From the NCBI GenBank assembly GCA_963575745.1, contig CAUYUJ010000270.1, forward strand, positions 310,001-374,000: a stretch of DNA of 64,000 nt, in the 5' to 3' direction. The translations under genes were made by a program, and so were the position numbers. Below the pieces are notes generated by a model. It saw only the letters and a list, made by a program, of their open reading frames with translations, did not search any database and had not been told where the DNA came from. Positions 49,565 to 64,000 of this stretch are shown here, in pieces; positions within the stretch are counted from its first letter, which is position 1, and the number at the start of each line of letters is the position of its first letter. Source of the DNA: Prorocentrum cordatum. Lineage: Eukaryota.

Positions 49565-51399
49565 CTCGCGAATCCTCTGCGCAAGCGAAAGAAACACATG
49601 GGTTTGCGGATATTGGAAAGCCGAACTTCGGAAACGGCTGCGACGGCCGCGGACATTGCGGCGGCGCCGGCATAAAGGAAGAGGCGCGGCCCCCCGCGAA
49701 GAAGAGGCGCGGCCTCCAGCGCCTGCCCTCCGCGGCCGTACGATGCAGGAGGCGTCGCCTCCTTCTCCCCCCCCCTCCCCCCCCCCCCCCCCTGCCCCCC
49801 GTCCGAACGCCGAGGGCCCCCTCGGCTGAGTTCGCGATCTTTGTTGCAGTCCGCGGCGCCTTTTCGAGCCACGGGGTCGAAGGCGAGCGCGTGCTGGACG
49901 GGGTTCTCGCGCGGTCAGGCGTCGCAAAACGCCGCAGCTGTGCCGTTCCAGGAGCGCGGCAAGAAGCAGGGGATCCCACAGCCACAGGCAGACTGGGCGC
50001 GCCAGGACACCAGCGCGGGGGAGAGGAGGAGAACGAGGAAGGGGGGGGAAGCGAGACCGTTTGAGTTGCGCGCGCCCTCGCAGAGGAACCGGAGCATGGG
50101 GGGGGCGGATCACCGCGCCGGATGGCCCGACGCAGGCGTTGGAGCTTGCGCGGAAGAAGGGGGGGCGTTTGGCGCGCTACACGGCCCGATTTCCCCTTTC
50201 CTCGATTTTACTTTCAATGCCCTATCTCCACTTCCCTCCTTCCTCCCAGGTCGGCCGCCACGCGTGCGAAGCGGACTCGTGGGCGTTCCAGCAGCGGAAC
50301 TCGAACCCGAGCCTGCAGATGCGGCACTTTCCCATCATCAGGCGCTCGCTCCCCCCCCCCCCCCCCCTCCCCCGCACTCCTCCGCCTCTCTTCTTTTCGC
50401 CCCTGCCCAGGCGCCAGGTGGCGACGACGCCGAACTTCTGAGGGCTGCGGCACGCGTCGGACAGCGACGCATTTGAAAAATTCTCTTCGCTGGTACTTCC
50501 AGCGCGAAGAACCTCTCGTGTTTCGTTAAACGCTGAACCTCATCTTATCTTCTCTTCTTCTGGAGGCTGAGCCTCCAGCGCAGGGGGGCATTGCCTCCAA
50601 TAGAAAAATAAAGGAGGCTTCGCCTCCTCTGCGCCTCGCAGCCCCCTCCCCCGCTGCCCTTGCAAGCCGAGCGCATTTTCCAACGCGCTGATGTCGGAGT
50701 GATCGGAAAAGTAGAAGGAGACGACAAATACAAAATTAAGAGAACAAGCCTCAATACAAAGCCTTTACATCATTAATGCAGAAAATCGCTCGGCACACCC
50801 TAACAAATACAAGCACAACAAATAAAATGCAAAAAAACAGAAAAAAAAACAAAAGTAATATAAACGCGCGCCAACCTATACAATCGACTGATTCTTAAAA
50901 CAAGCCTCTGAATAATCTGCATTAAAATCGCACAGCTTGCGAGGCCAACGCAATTATTATGTTTTAAACGAATAATAATAATACTAACAATAATAACAGC
51001 ACTAATAATAACACACTATATATATGTGTATATATATATGTGTATATATATAGCGCTCCCGGCTTGCATGCCCATCGCGTTTTCTAAGGCCACTTCAGAA
51101 TGCGCGGCCCAGATCGTTGCCGCCGTTGATGCCGCCCACGGCGGCGCGCGTCTCCCCGGCAGAGGGGCGGGGGGGGGGGGGGGCGGCAGAAACAGAAGGG
51201 GGCGAGGGGGGGGGAAGGGGTGAGCCAACTGGAAAACAGAGAGAGGGGAAGGTGGAAGGAAAGAGTCTGCCTTTCTCTTCGAGGAGGCGGCGCCCCCCCC
51301 CCCACCCTTCCCCTCCCACGCCCCCGAGCCCTCCAGTCGCTGCGCCGCCGCCTGCGGAGCGCTCGGGAGTTCGACCTTCCAAGGCAATCCCACGCCGAG

Positions 51400-52887
51400 G
51401 CGATTCCAACAAAACCTTCTCTCGCCTCGACGCGGGGCCGACCTGGGGGGAAAACCTCTCGAAGGCCCAGTCGCCTCAGATGTGCTCGCTTGGCGGCAAC
51501 CCGAGCCTTGAGCGCAGCGACGGGATGCTCATCCCGATCTCGACGGCGTGCTGCTGGAGCAGGTTCTGCTGCTGCTGAAGGATGGTCAGCGCGTCCAGGT
51601 GCTGCTGTTGCTCATGCGGCTGCTGCTGCTGCGGCTGTTGCTGCTCCGCGTCGGCGCCAGGTGCTGTTGCTGCTGCTGCGGCTGCAGGCTGCTGCGTCTG
51701 CTGCTGCGTCTCCGCCGCCTGCTGCTGGTGCGCCTGCTGCTGCTGCGCAGCCCAGGCGGCGCGTTGCTGCTGCGCGTGCTGCTGCTGTTGCGCTTGCTGC
51801 TACTGCGCGGCCGCCTGCTCTTGCACGTGCTGCTGCTGCGCGGCCGTCTGCTGTTGATATTGCTGCTGTTGCGCGGCCGTCTCCTGCCAGGCAGCCATCG
51901 TGGCGTGAGTCGGCACCTGCCGCGGGAAGCTCTGCAGGAGGTCACCTCCTATTGAAGACGGCGCGGCCCGCCATTGCGTGGGCGGCGCCGCTGCGCTCGG
52001 CGGCTGCGCTGCGCTCGGCGCCTTGCTTGTCGCCGCCAGGGCTAGGCTCGGCGGCGCAGCCTGGGTCGGCGCCTTGGAGGCAGGCCTATCGAAGCCGAAG
52101 AGGTCGGCCTGCGCTGGCTGACCCCAGCCCGTGCTGGGAGCTGCTGCTGCTGCTGCGGCCTCTGCTGCTGGAGCTGCTGCTGCTGCCTGGAATTGCTGGT
52201 GCTGCTGGACCTGATGCCGGAGCTGCTGCTGCAGGCCTTCCAGGTCCTGCGCTGCTGGAGCTGCTGCTGCTGGAGCAGCCTGTGCTGCTGCATCTCCTGC
52301 TGCTGCCAGTGCTGCGGCTGCGGCTGCTGCTGCTGCGCCGTCTCCCGTTGCTCTCCAAGGAGCTCCTGGTGCAGCATCTGCAGCTCCTGCAGGTGCGTCG
52401 CCTCCGCCTCCTGCTGGTCCTGCTCCTGCTGGTGCGTCGCCTCCGCCTCCTGCTGGCCCAGGCTCGGCGGCCGCCGCTGCGCGCCTAGGGGCGGCCTTTT
52501 GCGGGGCCTTCCGAGCCGGCGGCGGCCCTGGGGGCGGGCGCGGCCCGCGCGGCGGCGGCGCCCGGGGCGGCCCTCCGATCGGGCGGCGGCGGCGGCGGTG
52601 CACCAACACCTCGGAGCTCGCCTGGGCGGAGAGGGGGCGCTGGAGGAGGCAGCGCCTCCTCAATTACCATCTCCGTCTCGAGTTCGAAGATCGACGTTCG
52701 ATGTTCGATTTTCGAATTTCGAACTTTGAACTTCGAATGTCGAATCGGAAGTTTGAACTTCGAATGTCTCCCCGCCTGCTTCTGCCGCGCCCTCCGCGGC
52801 GCAGGGGCTGCAGCGCCCTCCATCTCCGCAGCGGCCGTCCCCTCCATCTCGCGCTTCTTGCGCGAGAACCTGGGGATTGATGTTTGC

Positions 52888-52939
<52 letters not shown>

Positions 52940-53390
52940 CTTGCCGGGGGCGTTGCCTCCGCGCGAAAGTGTGCATTTTGCTTCTGTATCCCCGGGAGCT
53001 CGCGCTGCCGCGCCCCCTTCGCCGTGCGAATCCGCGCCTGCGGCCGCGCCGCAATCGCCACGTGCGCGTCGTGGTGGGCCATGTTGCGGCGCTGGCACTG
53101 GTGGCTCAAGCACAGGCGCGCGAATTTATCGCGCCCGCAGTGCGCGCGCCGTTGCCCCCCGCGGCTTTTCAGCCACGCGCGCGCCACCCTCTCCCCCATC
53201 TCCTGAGGCAGCCGCTGCAGCTCCTCGTCGGGCCCCCCCTCAGAGAGGATCATGCCGTCGCCGTCCTCCTCCTCCCCCTCCTCTTCGCCAGCAGCTGGGG
53301 GCCCGTCCCGGAGCGTGTCCTTGAACGGGCCCTTGCCGCCAGGCGGACCTCCACCGTCGCCCCCGCCAGGGTGCGGCGGGCGGCCCATCG
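51400..53390 (-). pseudogene. Element 2 gene B counterpart: Q/P/A-rich low-complexity protein
   Basis: ORFs 52660-53388 and 51800-52663 with CAG-rich repeats; exon structure unresolved. Confidence 0.35.
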
Positions 53391-54046
53391 CGCCGCAAAG
53401 CGTCGCCGCTGCCTGCGGGCAGGGGGGGCGGGGAGGGTCTGGGAAAACTTGCGCCCCCCTCCTCCTCCTCCTCCTCCTCCTCCTCCCTCAGGGGGCGAGG
53501 CCTCCCCCCCCCCCCTCCCCCCCCCCGCCTGCTGCGCCAGCGCCGCGAGCAGCAGCGCTGCCCAGGAGGCCGCCATGGCCCCGCCGAGAGGCCCTGCCTG
53601 GGAGGGGCCGCGCGGCCCCGAGCGCCGCGAGGGCGCCCCGCGAGGAGCGCTCGCGGCTGCGACGGGCGAGTGGAAACGCGCACCCAGCTGCCGTCCGGAG
53701 CAAGATGAACCAGGAGGTGGCGCCTCCTATAGGACGCGGTGCCGAGCAGAAGGCGGGGCCTCCTGTCGGGGGCGACGCTGCCGAGCAGGAGGCGGAGCCT
53801 TCATCGGGAGGCGTCGCCTCCCCCCCGTCGATCAACGCGCCGCTCCCCTGCGTGCAGGGGGCGGGCTCTCGTCCAGGAGGCGTTGCCCCCCCCCATTTGC
53901 CTTCGCTCTTCGCCCCCTTCCTTTTTCGCCGACCGCATCGAGAACGGTGGAAGGTCAGCTGCGCGACTGTTGCCCAGAGCTGGCTGCGCTACATGCGCAC
54001 CTCTGCTGCCGCCGCTCCCTCCTGCCACTCGCGCCGCCGCCGCCAG

Positions 54047-56083
<2,037 letters not shown>

Positions 56084-57844
56084 GCGAGCGGCCCCGCGCC
56101 GAGGTGGGGTGGGGGGGGGGGCGTTGCCGCGGCCTCTCGATGGCAGACTGCGGCGGCGATGGGAAGGTTGGATGCGCCGCCGTCGTCGCTCCTAGGAGGC
56201 GCGGCCCCCGCGTCCGCACGCTCGCCCCGCCCCATCCCCCCCGCGCAGGAGGCGCGGCCCCCTCGTTCTTCGCCCCCGTGGCAAGAAGTCAACTTCCGCC
56301 CCTGCGAGATCGACGCGACGCCCTGGGGGGGGGGCGACGCCCCCCGAACGCGCCAAGACCGCTCGAACATGCAGCATCTGGCTCGCCGCAGGAGGCGCGG
56401 CCTCCTCCGCGCGTGAACAAAATATCCCATTGCAAGGGAAATGCGCCTCCTCATGGGACAACATCGCGCCGCTGTCGTCATTAAGATGTACTCGTCGCTA
56501 CAGATTTAGCGATGGTCGTCGTCGCTAAATTGCAACGTCGACGCTAAATTTAAAGCCGACGACAAAATAAACAGATGCACTAAATAGGCACAGATGGATC
56601 AACATGGGAGCGACCCCATCGCAGGCAGGGCTCGCCCGGGGGGGGCGGCGGGAGGCGCGTGAACCCGGCCTGAAAAACGCACCCCCCCCCCCCCCCACCC
56701 ACCCACGGAGGGCCCCCCCGACAACCGGCGCGGGGGCGGCGGAAGATGCGCAAACCCGGCTCGAAAGAGGAGGCGGCGGAAGGTCTGCAAGCCCGGCTCG
56801 AAAAACGCCGCCCCGACTGACCTGCGGGAAGGCGTTCCGCGGGAGACAGAACGCCCCCCCGCGCAGTGCGACCGCCCCGCCCCCCGCGCCCCCTCTTCGC
56901 CCGACCGCTGTCATCCCCCGCCCGCGCCCCTGCCCCCCCCCCGCCCCTGCGCCCGCCCCGCCCCGCTCGCCGCGCCCCCGCCCCTCGTCGGCCGCAAAAA
57001 GCAAAGGGGAGGGAAAGGGAGGGATACCGTAGGGGGGGGCAGGGGGAGGGAGAGAGGGAGGGGGGGGCGGCGGCGCGACGCTGACAGCATGATCCATCAG
57101 AGGGCACGCGGTGCAAGCCCACGGCGCCATCGGCCGCTTCGGCCAGATCTTAGGGCGCCTCTGCAACGCTGGGCCACGTGCCCCGAACCTCACGAAACAA
57201 TTCGCCTACCCCTCCTGCTGCGCGCTCGCGCCTGACCCACGGCGACGTTGCAGGGGGCAGCGAGGCCGCGCAATCACGCGCTACATGACGAACAAAGCCT
57301 CGCGGTGGATGAACACGCTACAACTGAGACTAGGTGGAGAGAAGCAGCACAAGATATCACATATGAGACCGAGCACGGGGCCCAAGTCAATGCGCGCCCC
57401 CTTCCGTCGTTTTTTTTGGCGCTCTTCGCGCCCCGCATCCCCCCCCCCCCCCCGCCCCCCCCATCCTCCTCCTTCACTGCCAACTCCCTACCCATCGAAG
57501 TACAATCGCCCCATCGTCGGCGTCGTTTTTCGCGACGCGTTTCGCAGCGGCCGCCCGTGGCCTGGCCGCCCCTGCCATCGCAGAGAGCACTGCAGCGCGA
57601 ACGACTACCCACTGACCCTCTGAACGCTTTTTTTTTTTTGGGGGGGGGATTTTGCACTCCACGAACGAACTAAGTAACGCGCTCCAAGCACAAAAACCTG
57701 CAATGCCTCGCGCACTCTGCGAAAGTGGCGAGCCCGCCGCGCCGCCGTTGCCCGGGCTGCAGCGCCGGGCGCCTTTCGCTTCCAGGAAACCGAATCAGCA
57801 GGGCCGCGCGTCTTCCACGCGTGCGTCGGGGGGCAGATTTGCTT

Positions 57845-58770
57845 GAAATAACTGTCAGCTGATCCAACAATACCAAACCACCCCCGCAACTCAAACTCGA
57901 TGCCAAGCAACGGCTAGCCCCACACATGAGCCACATCCAACGCCGCGGCGGCCGTCTGAACCTGACGGAGCAGCGGGCCCCAGTCGGGCGGAGGCCGCGC
58001 GCGACCTGCGTTGGGAGGCTTGCTGAACCTTTTCGGCTGCGCTAGTTCCCTGGTCCACATGTCCCGGGGCCTCGCCCGCAAAGTGACGGTCGCGGGCTGG
58101 CGCGGCCAAGTGTCCGCCTCGCCGACCGCTGCGGGGCTGAGCCGCGGGGCCAGCGGGCGAGACACGAAGAAAAAGCCGATCGTGCTGCCAGGAAGGGGCT
58201 GCAGGCAAGTGGGGTCTGACGGACCCGCGGCCACGCCGTTAACAGAGCGCGACCAGGCCAACGACCCTGGCTGAGAAAATGCGGTTGAAACCGCCACCCA
58301 CAAACCACGGCACCTGCATCGCTTCCAGCACTCTGAGCATGGCCAAATTCTCTGAAGACAGCTGCTCGTCAACACGAAGGTAAATCGAGATCATGACGAA
58401 ACCCTTTCGGCCACCGCAGTTGACACGCGCGGCTGCCATCCTGCCAGGCTCCAAAGTGAGCTCATCCAGGCCAGGAGGAGCAGTGACCAAGACTCGCTTG
58501 GGCGCCAAGATAGCCACTCCTGCCTGGGTCACAGAGCCCGACCCAGGCAGGGCAGGCTCCCAGACACCATGGAAGCCTTCGGCCAGGGCGTCTTGCTGTG
58601 CCTTTGCCAGGCCGCCGCCCTCGACCCGTGCATGATGTTCCTGTGCCGCGATGCACATGCTGCGGCAGGACTTCAGGTAGTCGATGAATGGGGGCCACCT
58701 GAAGGAGCGTTCAACGTAGCGATTGCAATCGAACTCGTCGTTCCTCCAAAGAAAATCACACAAAACATGA
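57845..58770 (-). pseudogene. LINE ORF2 APE-type endonuclease
   Basis: IAAQEHH, AGVAIL, MISIYL, WFVGGGFN (decayed GDFN), STIGFFFVS (decayed IDF). Confidence 0.8.
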
Positions 58771-58796
58771 GCATCCGCAGGATCGACGATTCGCCA

Positions 58797-59853
58797 CTAC
58801 TGATGCGGGGTGGCCGCTGGCGTGGGCGGGACCGCCTGCGGCACGGAGGGCTCGGACTTGGCCCGCTTGACCTTGGCGCCGTGCGCCTCGAGGAACTTGG
58901 CAACCTTACGCTTGTCACCTCCTGCTGTGGCCATCTCCTCGAGCAGACTCTGCTCGCCCTGCAGCCTCACGCTCGGCACGTGCAACTTGTTGCTTAGCTC
59001 AAGCGTCGGCCTCCAGCTTGCGCAACTGCTCGAGATCCGCCTTGGGCCGCTCCGCCAACTCGCGGTTCGCCCCGAGAGCTGCGGGCGCTTCGCCCAGGCC
59101 GTCAAGCGTGACGGATAAGCCCCTGATCGGCTCGTCAGCGGCGGGCTGCCCAGTGGAGCCTCGAGGCGAAATGGGCACCTCGCGCTGGAGCTCGCGTTGC
59201 AGCTCCTGCAACTCCTCCATCTGTTTGTCGATATCCGCCAGCTGCCTGGCAGCGGCGTCCCCTTGCTCCTGGAGCTGCGCCTTCCCCTCGCGGAGGTTGT
59301 CACGCTTGCGCCCCTGGTCTTGGCGTAGCTTGTCCTGGCGAATGATCTGCGCACCCAGGTCTCGGAGCCGCTGTCCCAGCGGCCTTGCTGCGGCCAGCTT
59401 GATCTTGATCTCCGACTGCTCCTTGGGGTATGCCTCCTTGGCGGCGACCAGGTGCGGGCCCGAGCTGGGCCCTGCTGTCTTGATGAGGTCCGCCAGCTCT
59501 CGCAGCCTCTTCTCGGAGTGCTCGCCGCCAGTGATGGCAGGCTCCTCGGGCTGCGGGGGCGCCTGGCCAATGGCCTGCTGGAGCTTGGCATAGGCCGTGG
59601 CCAACTCTGCTTTGAGCTTCTGCGCCTTGACCGAACTCTCCCAGGCAGCCCACGCGCGGCCTGGCGCACGCGTTGAGGAGAACGGTACCGAGGGTAAACG
59701 GTGCCCCTTGAAGCAGAGGCCCTTTCCCGGCTTGCACTTGGCACATGCCGTTGCGTTCGGTGCGTCGAACCATGGCGATCCACGGGTTCCGACACAACTC
59801 TTGCATAACCATTGATGCTTGCGCTGTTTTGCCCGGTGATGAGGCGGCGCCAC
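58797..59853 (-). pseudogene. LINE ORF1: N-terminal RanBP2-like zinc finger plus coiled coil
   Basis: QWLCKSC...CAKC..KGLCF followed by a long Q/E/K/L-rich helical region; frameshift near 58999; probable start appears as GTG at 59853. Confidence 0.65.
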
Positions 59854-59987
59854 CCTCTTGATAGCAAACCTCGGGCAACAGAAGCAAAACAGGGTATGGG
59901 GGCCCAACTCCCACGGCGAAGGCGCGAAAGAACGACCCCTGGCCGCGGACAAGCGGCATCCGTGCTGTCCCCGGAGGGGCGAATCAT

Positions 59988-60009
59988 CTTGAGCCAAAAT
60001 GGCCACGGA
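59988..60009 (-). other. Near-complete DinoSL at the LINE 5' end
   Basis: TCCGTGGCCATTTTGGCTCAAG, 21/22 identical to TCCGTAGCCATTTTGGCTCAAG. Confidence 0.92.
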
Positions 60010-60679
60010 GGCGAGAGGCCAGAGGATTCGATTCGATTCGCACACCTTCGATGCCAACATTGTCTTCGTCAGAGTGAGTTCTCTTGCACTCGAGCTCTAT
60101 CTCGCAAAATCGCGCAATCGCCAGTCGTGATATTTCGCACAACTACGAATGGCCTCTGGCACGGTGAACCTCTGGCTTTAAGAGGAGAGCGCACATGCCA
60201 TGCTCTGTGCACTAGGGCCGCAGCTCGGGCCCCGAGAAGGACCAGCCTGGCCCAGGCAGCCACCGGCGCATGAGGTAGCCACGAGGGGAACAGGGCAACT
60301 AAGAGGTAGCTCGAGATATAGCTATGCTCAGAACACGCCTTCTCTTGAAAAGCGTCTCGAATTTTGCGGCCCCAAAGAAAACCCCGCACGATGCTACATA
60401 CTCCGCGACTAACTGGGCGTCCGAGGGGCGAGCGGGGGGGGGGGCGGAGGGGGGGGGGAGGGGGGGGCGTGTAAGACGGGGGCAGCCTCAGGTGCAGGAA
60501 GCCCAGGGGGCGGCGGAGGCGGTAGAGGGTCATCATCAGCATCAGACGAACACTACTTATCCCCCCTGCCCCGCAAGAAACCATCGCGCTGTGCCTGAGT
60601 CCACGGTGGGGTATCACCAGGAAGGTGTAGAGCTTCAAGATCATCATCAGATAGCTCGCTATCAGCTCGAACTTCTTCG

Positions 60680-61635
60680 GTGACTTCAGAAGCGTTTCAA
60701 GAAACTGCTGAATCTCTCTCACCATGTATGCTGCTTGAGCTCGGCCATGCTTGCGCTTGGCTCCTGGAATTTGCATTGGCGATCCCATCGGCATTGCGCG
60801 GAAGGTCGGGTCGCGGCAAGATATCGTCAAGCGGCGCTGCTCCTTCTGAGAAACTTTGTCTTGGCGGCAGAATAGAACGAGCTCGCAGTTCGTGTCGACT
60901 GAGTATTCTCCGTACTCCGAGCGCGCCTTTTGAACTTGCTGAGCGTTCTGCGCTCCGATGTTGTCGCCCAAGGACACCAGGGCCTTGAGCAATCCCCCCA
61001 TTGCCCAGATGAGCGGCGGGCTGAAATGGCGGTCCCCCCCTGCTTTCTCGACCGTCTCCGCGTATAGACCTGTCTGCTCTGACGCCATGGTCATCAGCAT
61101 ACGCGTGGCGGGAATGATAAACGTGTCCAGCACTACGCCTGCGAGGTCGCGTCCTTGTTGGCTTACTTTTAGCAATTGCTTCATGAGAAGGCAGAACAAC
61201 TTGCGTGTGGGGTCGATCTTTTTTTGAATGCGATCGATGCTTCTGCCGCGTTGCCTAATCCGCCTGTTTCATGTTTTTCTTCCTCGGGCCTTTCTGGCTG
61301 CCGCGCTGCATGTCGGGGCCCGCGTTCCCTGTAGATCCCCCGGGGCCTCGAGACAGGCTGGCATGGTGTAGACGCGGCAGAGGGCGAGGTAGGTGAGATT
61401 CTCGAATGTGCCGAAACAAGAATAGACTCGAGCCAAACACTACGGAGGGCTCAGGGCATATCGGGCATTTCCATTCGTCCATCTGTTTGGGCCCCCAAGG
61501 CATATGAGCGCGACCCATGGCGCATCTTCCATAGCCACACGATTGTTTGACATAATTTCCGAGCGTTGCCCGCGCCCCGAAAAAAAAAAAAACGCTGCAG
61601 CAGTTAGGGCATTGCTCATTGATAACCTTACCATG

Positions 61636-61677
<42 letters not shown>

Positions 61678-64000
61678 CACTCGATGGCCATTCGTCTGGT
61701 GCCCCATAAGTGCCCGATAAGTGCCAAATTTGACACCGCATGGAGAGCCCTGGGAGTCCCCAATCATACATGTGAATATGTGTTCACTCTTGGGTTCAGG
61801 ATAATGTAGTTCAGCAAATAATGAACACCACTTATCATAACCAGCAAAAGCTGCGGCCCGAAGAATCGAGGGGTCAACCTCCAGAAACTCATGGGAGGAG
61901 TCGGAGGCGGGGTCGAAGAGCACCTTCCAAGAGAAACCACGATCTTCCCAGACTGACCCCTCGAGAGAGCTGGAGGGTCTGGCCAAAGGTCCTTGCCCGC
62001 GGGTTAGCTGCGTGGCTGAGCCGCCCACTGTCCTGTAGAGTGGGGGGCCTCGTCCAAGAGGTGGCACAAAAATCGCCGCAACTGTCTGGCAATGTGCATG
62101 GCGGTGTTGGAGCATGCTCTGTAACCATTTGATTCGGCGCACCGCCAGTTCCCCACGGCAGGGAAGAATACGCCACCTATAAAGCAATCCCGAATTCCGA
62201 AGAGAGCGAGTGTGAGGACCATCGTGGGTCGTGGCAGCACCTCTCATTAGGGCGCATGAATACTTGACGATACACGAATCGATCTTCTGATGCTCCGTCG
62301 GAGACAGATCAAAAGCTTCTAGACCTGTGATGCCACTCTCCACGACTTTGCCCAAGAACAGCTCACGCTTCAAACGGCGTCAACCTCGCTCGTGCCAAAA
62401 TAACCCAATGACTGACCAGCCTGCGTGTATTGCTCTAGTACGAAACTCCAGCTCAGTGGCGTTGGATCCGCGCATATGATGGCGTGAACCTAAGTGTCTC
62501 GCGCATGTGCGCACCGTGCCATAGCTACTGGGGCATCTCTCTTGGAGACCTTTGTTTGATTTATGTGGTCCCAAACAGGGTATGATGTTTTTCTGTTTGC
62601 ATGTTTTGGCGAAAATGCCATCGCTCCATAATGTCGTTCATGCTATTGCCCCCAAGTCGAATGGCCTCCAGAGCTCCTGAAACCGAAGAGTCTTCTAAAA
62701 GCCGACGGCGAAATAGATCATCAGCAAAACCTACCATGGAACAATCCAGAGCAGGGGTCCCGAAAGCGCTGTAGATGTAGATGGGGTCCCGTTGGCCTCG
62801 TGGAGCTCAGTGTAGCATGCGTCGAAGACGCCCACGAACTGCCCCGGTGCCTCACATGAGCCTTGGGGCCCCCCATTCTTACAGATAAATGCCTCGAACA
62901 TGTTGTCAACTGGTAGTTTTTTACGACACTGCTGAGCAAGCGCTGATGTGAATAATCCTTCAGATCCTCGCGTACCATACCCCCGGACTGAATGAGGAGG
63001 TCATCAGCAAGTGGGCACATGGAAGCGTTTGTCATGTCGTGAAATTCACATATGTTCGGGGCCTTGGAGTTCCTCAGGGACCACCCTACACGTAGCTGTA
63101 CGAGAACTGCTCCTTCCCTCCTCCGATATCGCAGAAAACCGTGCCAGTGGCCAGGAAAATGCCGATCAAATTGTTCATATTTATCCCCGTAGCTGCACAA
63201 GACTGCATACCAAGATGTGCAGAAAGCGTCTGATAATTGTACGATGCGTTGACTCGACATCTGGGCCTTGCCGTTCGATTTGTCCAGTAGAACCCCTTCT
63301 GTAATACTTGACATAGTTGGAAGTTGACTGATTTGAAAAGATCTGATCGCGATGTTTTCAAACTCCTTCGGGGCACATGTACGCTTCGAGGTGGGCTTCA
63401 AGCGGCTGTCTCTTCCATCTCCTTCGCGCGTCTTGTCTTCGGCCAACATGCGTGGTACAGAAAATGGAATCGATGGGGGTGGGTCCAGACATGCAACCGA
63501 CGGCGGTCCGTCTTCGAGCTCCACGTTGAAGTCAGGAGCCTCATCAGTCAGGTCGTCGAAGGGGTCTCTGTCAGCAGCGCCCCATTGATGTAGTGCAGGT
63601 GTAGGTAGTTGTGGCTCTCCAGGCCCAGAGACATTATTTGGTGGGGGCTCGAGGTTGGCGGGGCGTGGGCCCTGGCCTGGTGTCCAGAATCTTTTGCCCC
63701 GGGCCTTGGGTTCAGAATTCCAGCAAAAGGGCGTGGCGACTGTCGGAGGCGAAGCCTCATCCAGATGAAAGCCCAAGCCTGGGCGCTCCTCGGGCTCGTC
63801 ATGGGAGGGAATCGTGCCCGCGCCGTCGTAGCCGATGCCAAACTTCATGTTCTTTTGACGAGAAAGATGGCTTGGCTTCAAAACTGTGAGTGCGAGTTCG
63901 GCAGGAACGCTCCAGGAGGGTCCACGTCGTCGTCCACGTGCTTTCCGAAGTTCCCAGGTCATGTTATTCATCATAATCTCAGTAGTCCTCCCCATGCTGT
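60680..64000 (-). mobile_element. Second LINE family (partial): RT region, C2H2 zinc-finger tail and a downstream extra ORF
   Basis: LLDKSNGK..RIV, HGFLRYRRREGA, HDMTNA; ELAVRRIKWLQ, CGVKF..LMGH, CPICP..FRHIRESH; runs off the window end. Confidence 0.7.

Noticed and set aside
53095..53110. SL-like GTGGCTCAAG
   Set aside because: Only a 9-nt match, antisense to the local genes, with no upstream similarity.
60070..60078. CAGAGTGAG matching the element 1 terminus
   Set aside because: The match stops after 9 nt, consistent with chance.

Overview
GC-rich, microsatellite-rich eukaryotic DNA, most likely a dinoflagellate: it has spliced-leader (DinoSL) matches and GT/GC/GA-AG introns with AG|G junctions. 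The only clear host gene is a multi-exon CER1/CER3-family alkane/alkene-biosynthesis gene (58-5516, minus) behind a relic spliced leader. Almost everything else is nested mobile DNA. One LINE starts with a near-perfect 22-nt DinoSL at 60009 and can be read across two large insertions down to about 8.5 kb. The first insertion (9733-41078) has Helentron/Helitron2-type ends and Rep/PIF1 remnants. It holds a PAT/Ngaro-type tyrosine-recombinase retrotransposon (16748-37500), which holds a TA-flanked MITE (21649-35709), which holds a 13.4-kb TIR transposon (21937-35383). The second insertion (about 44350-57845) holds an 11-kb TIR transposon (45643-56607). The best candidate for an undescribed system is this pair of TIR elements. 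They have unrelated TIR sequences but share a four-gene order: KRPAA protein, low-complexity protein, WxTxxQL protein, CACTA/Plavaka-like transposase. Older TE copies also show decay that looks biased toward A:T to G:C. All family assignments come from motifs read by eye, not from database searches.
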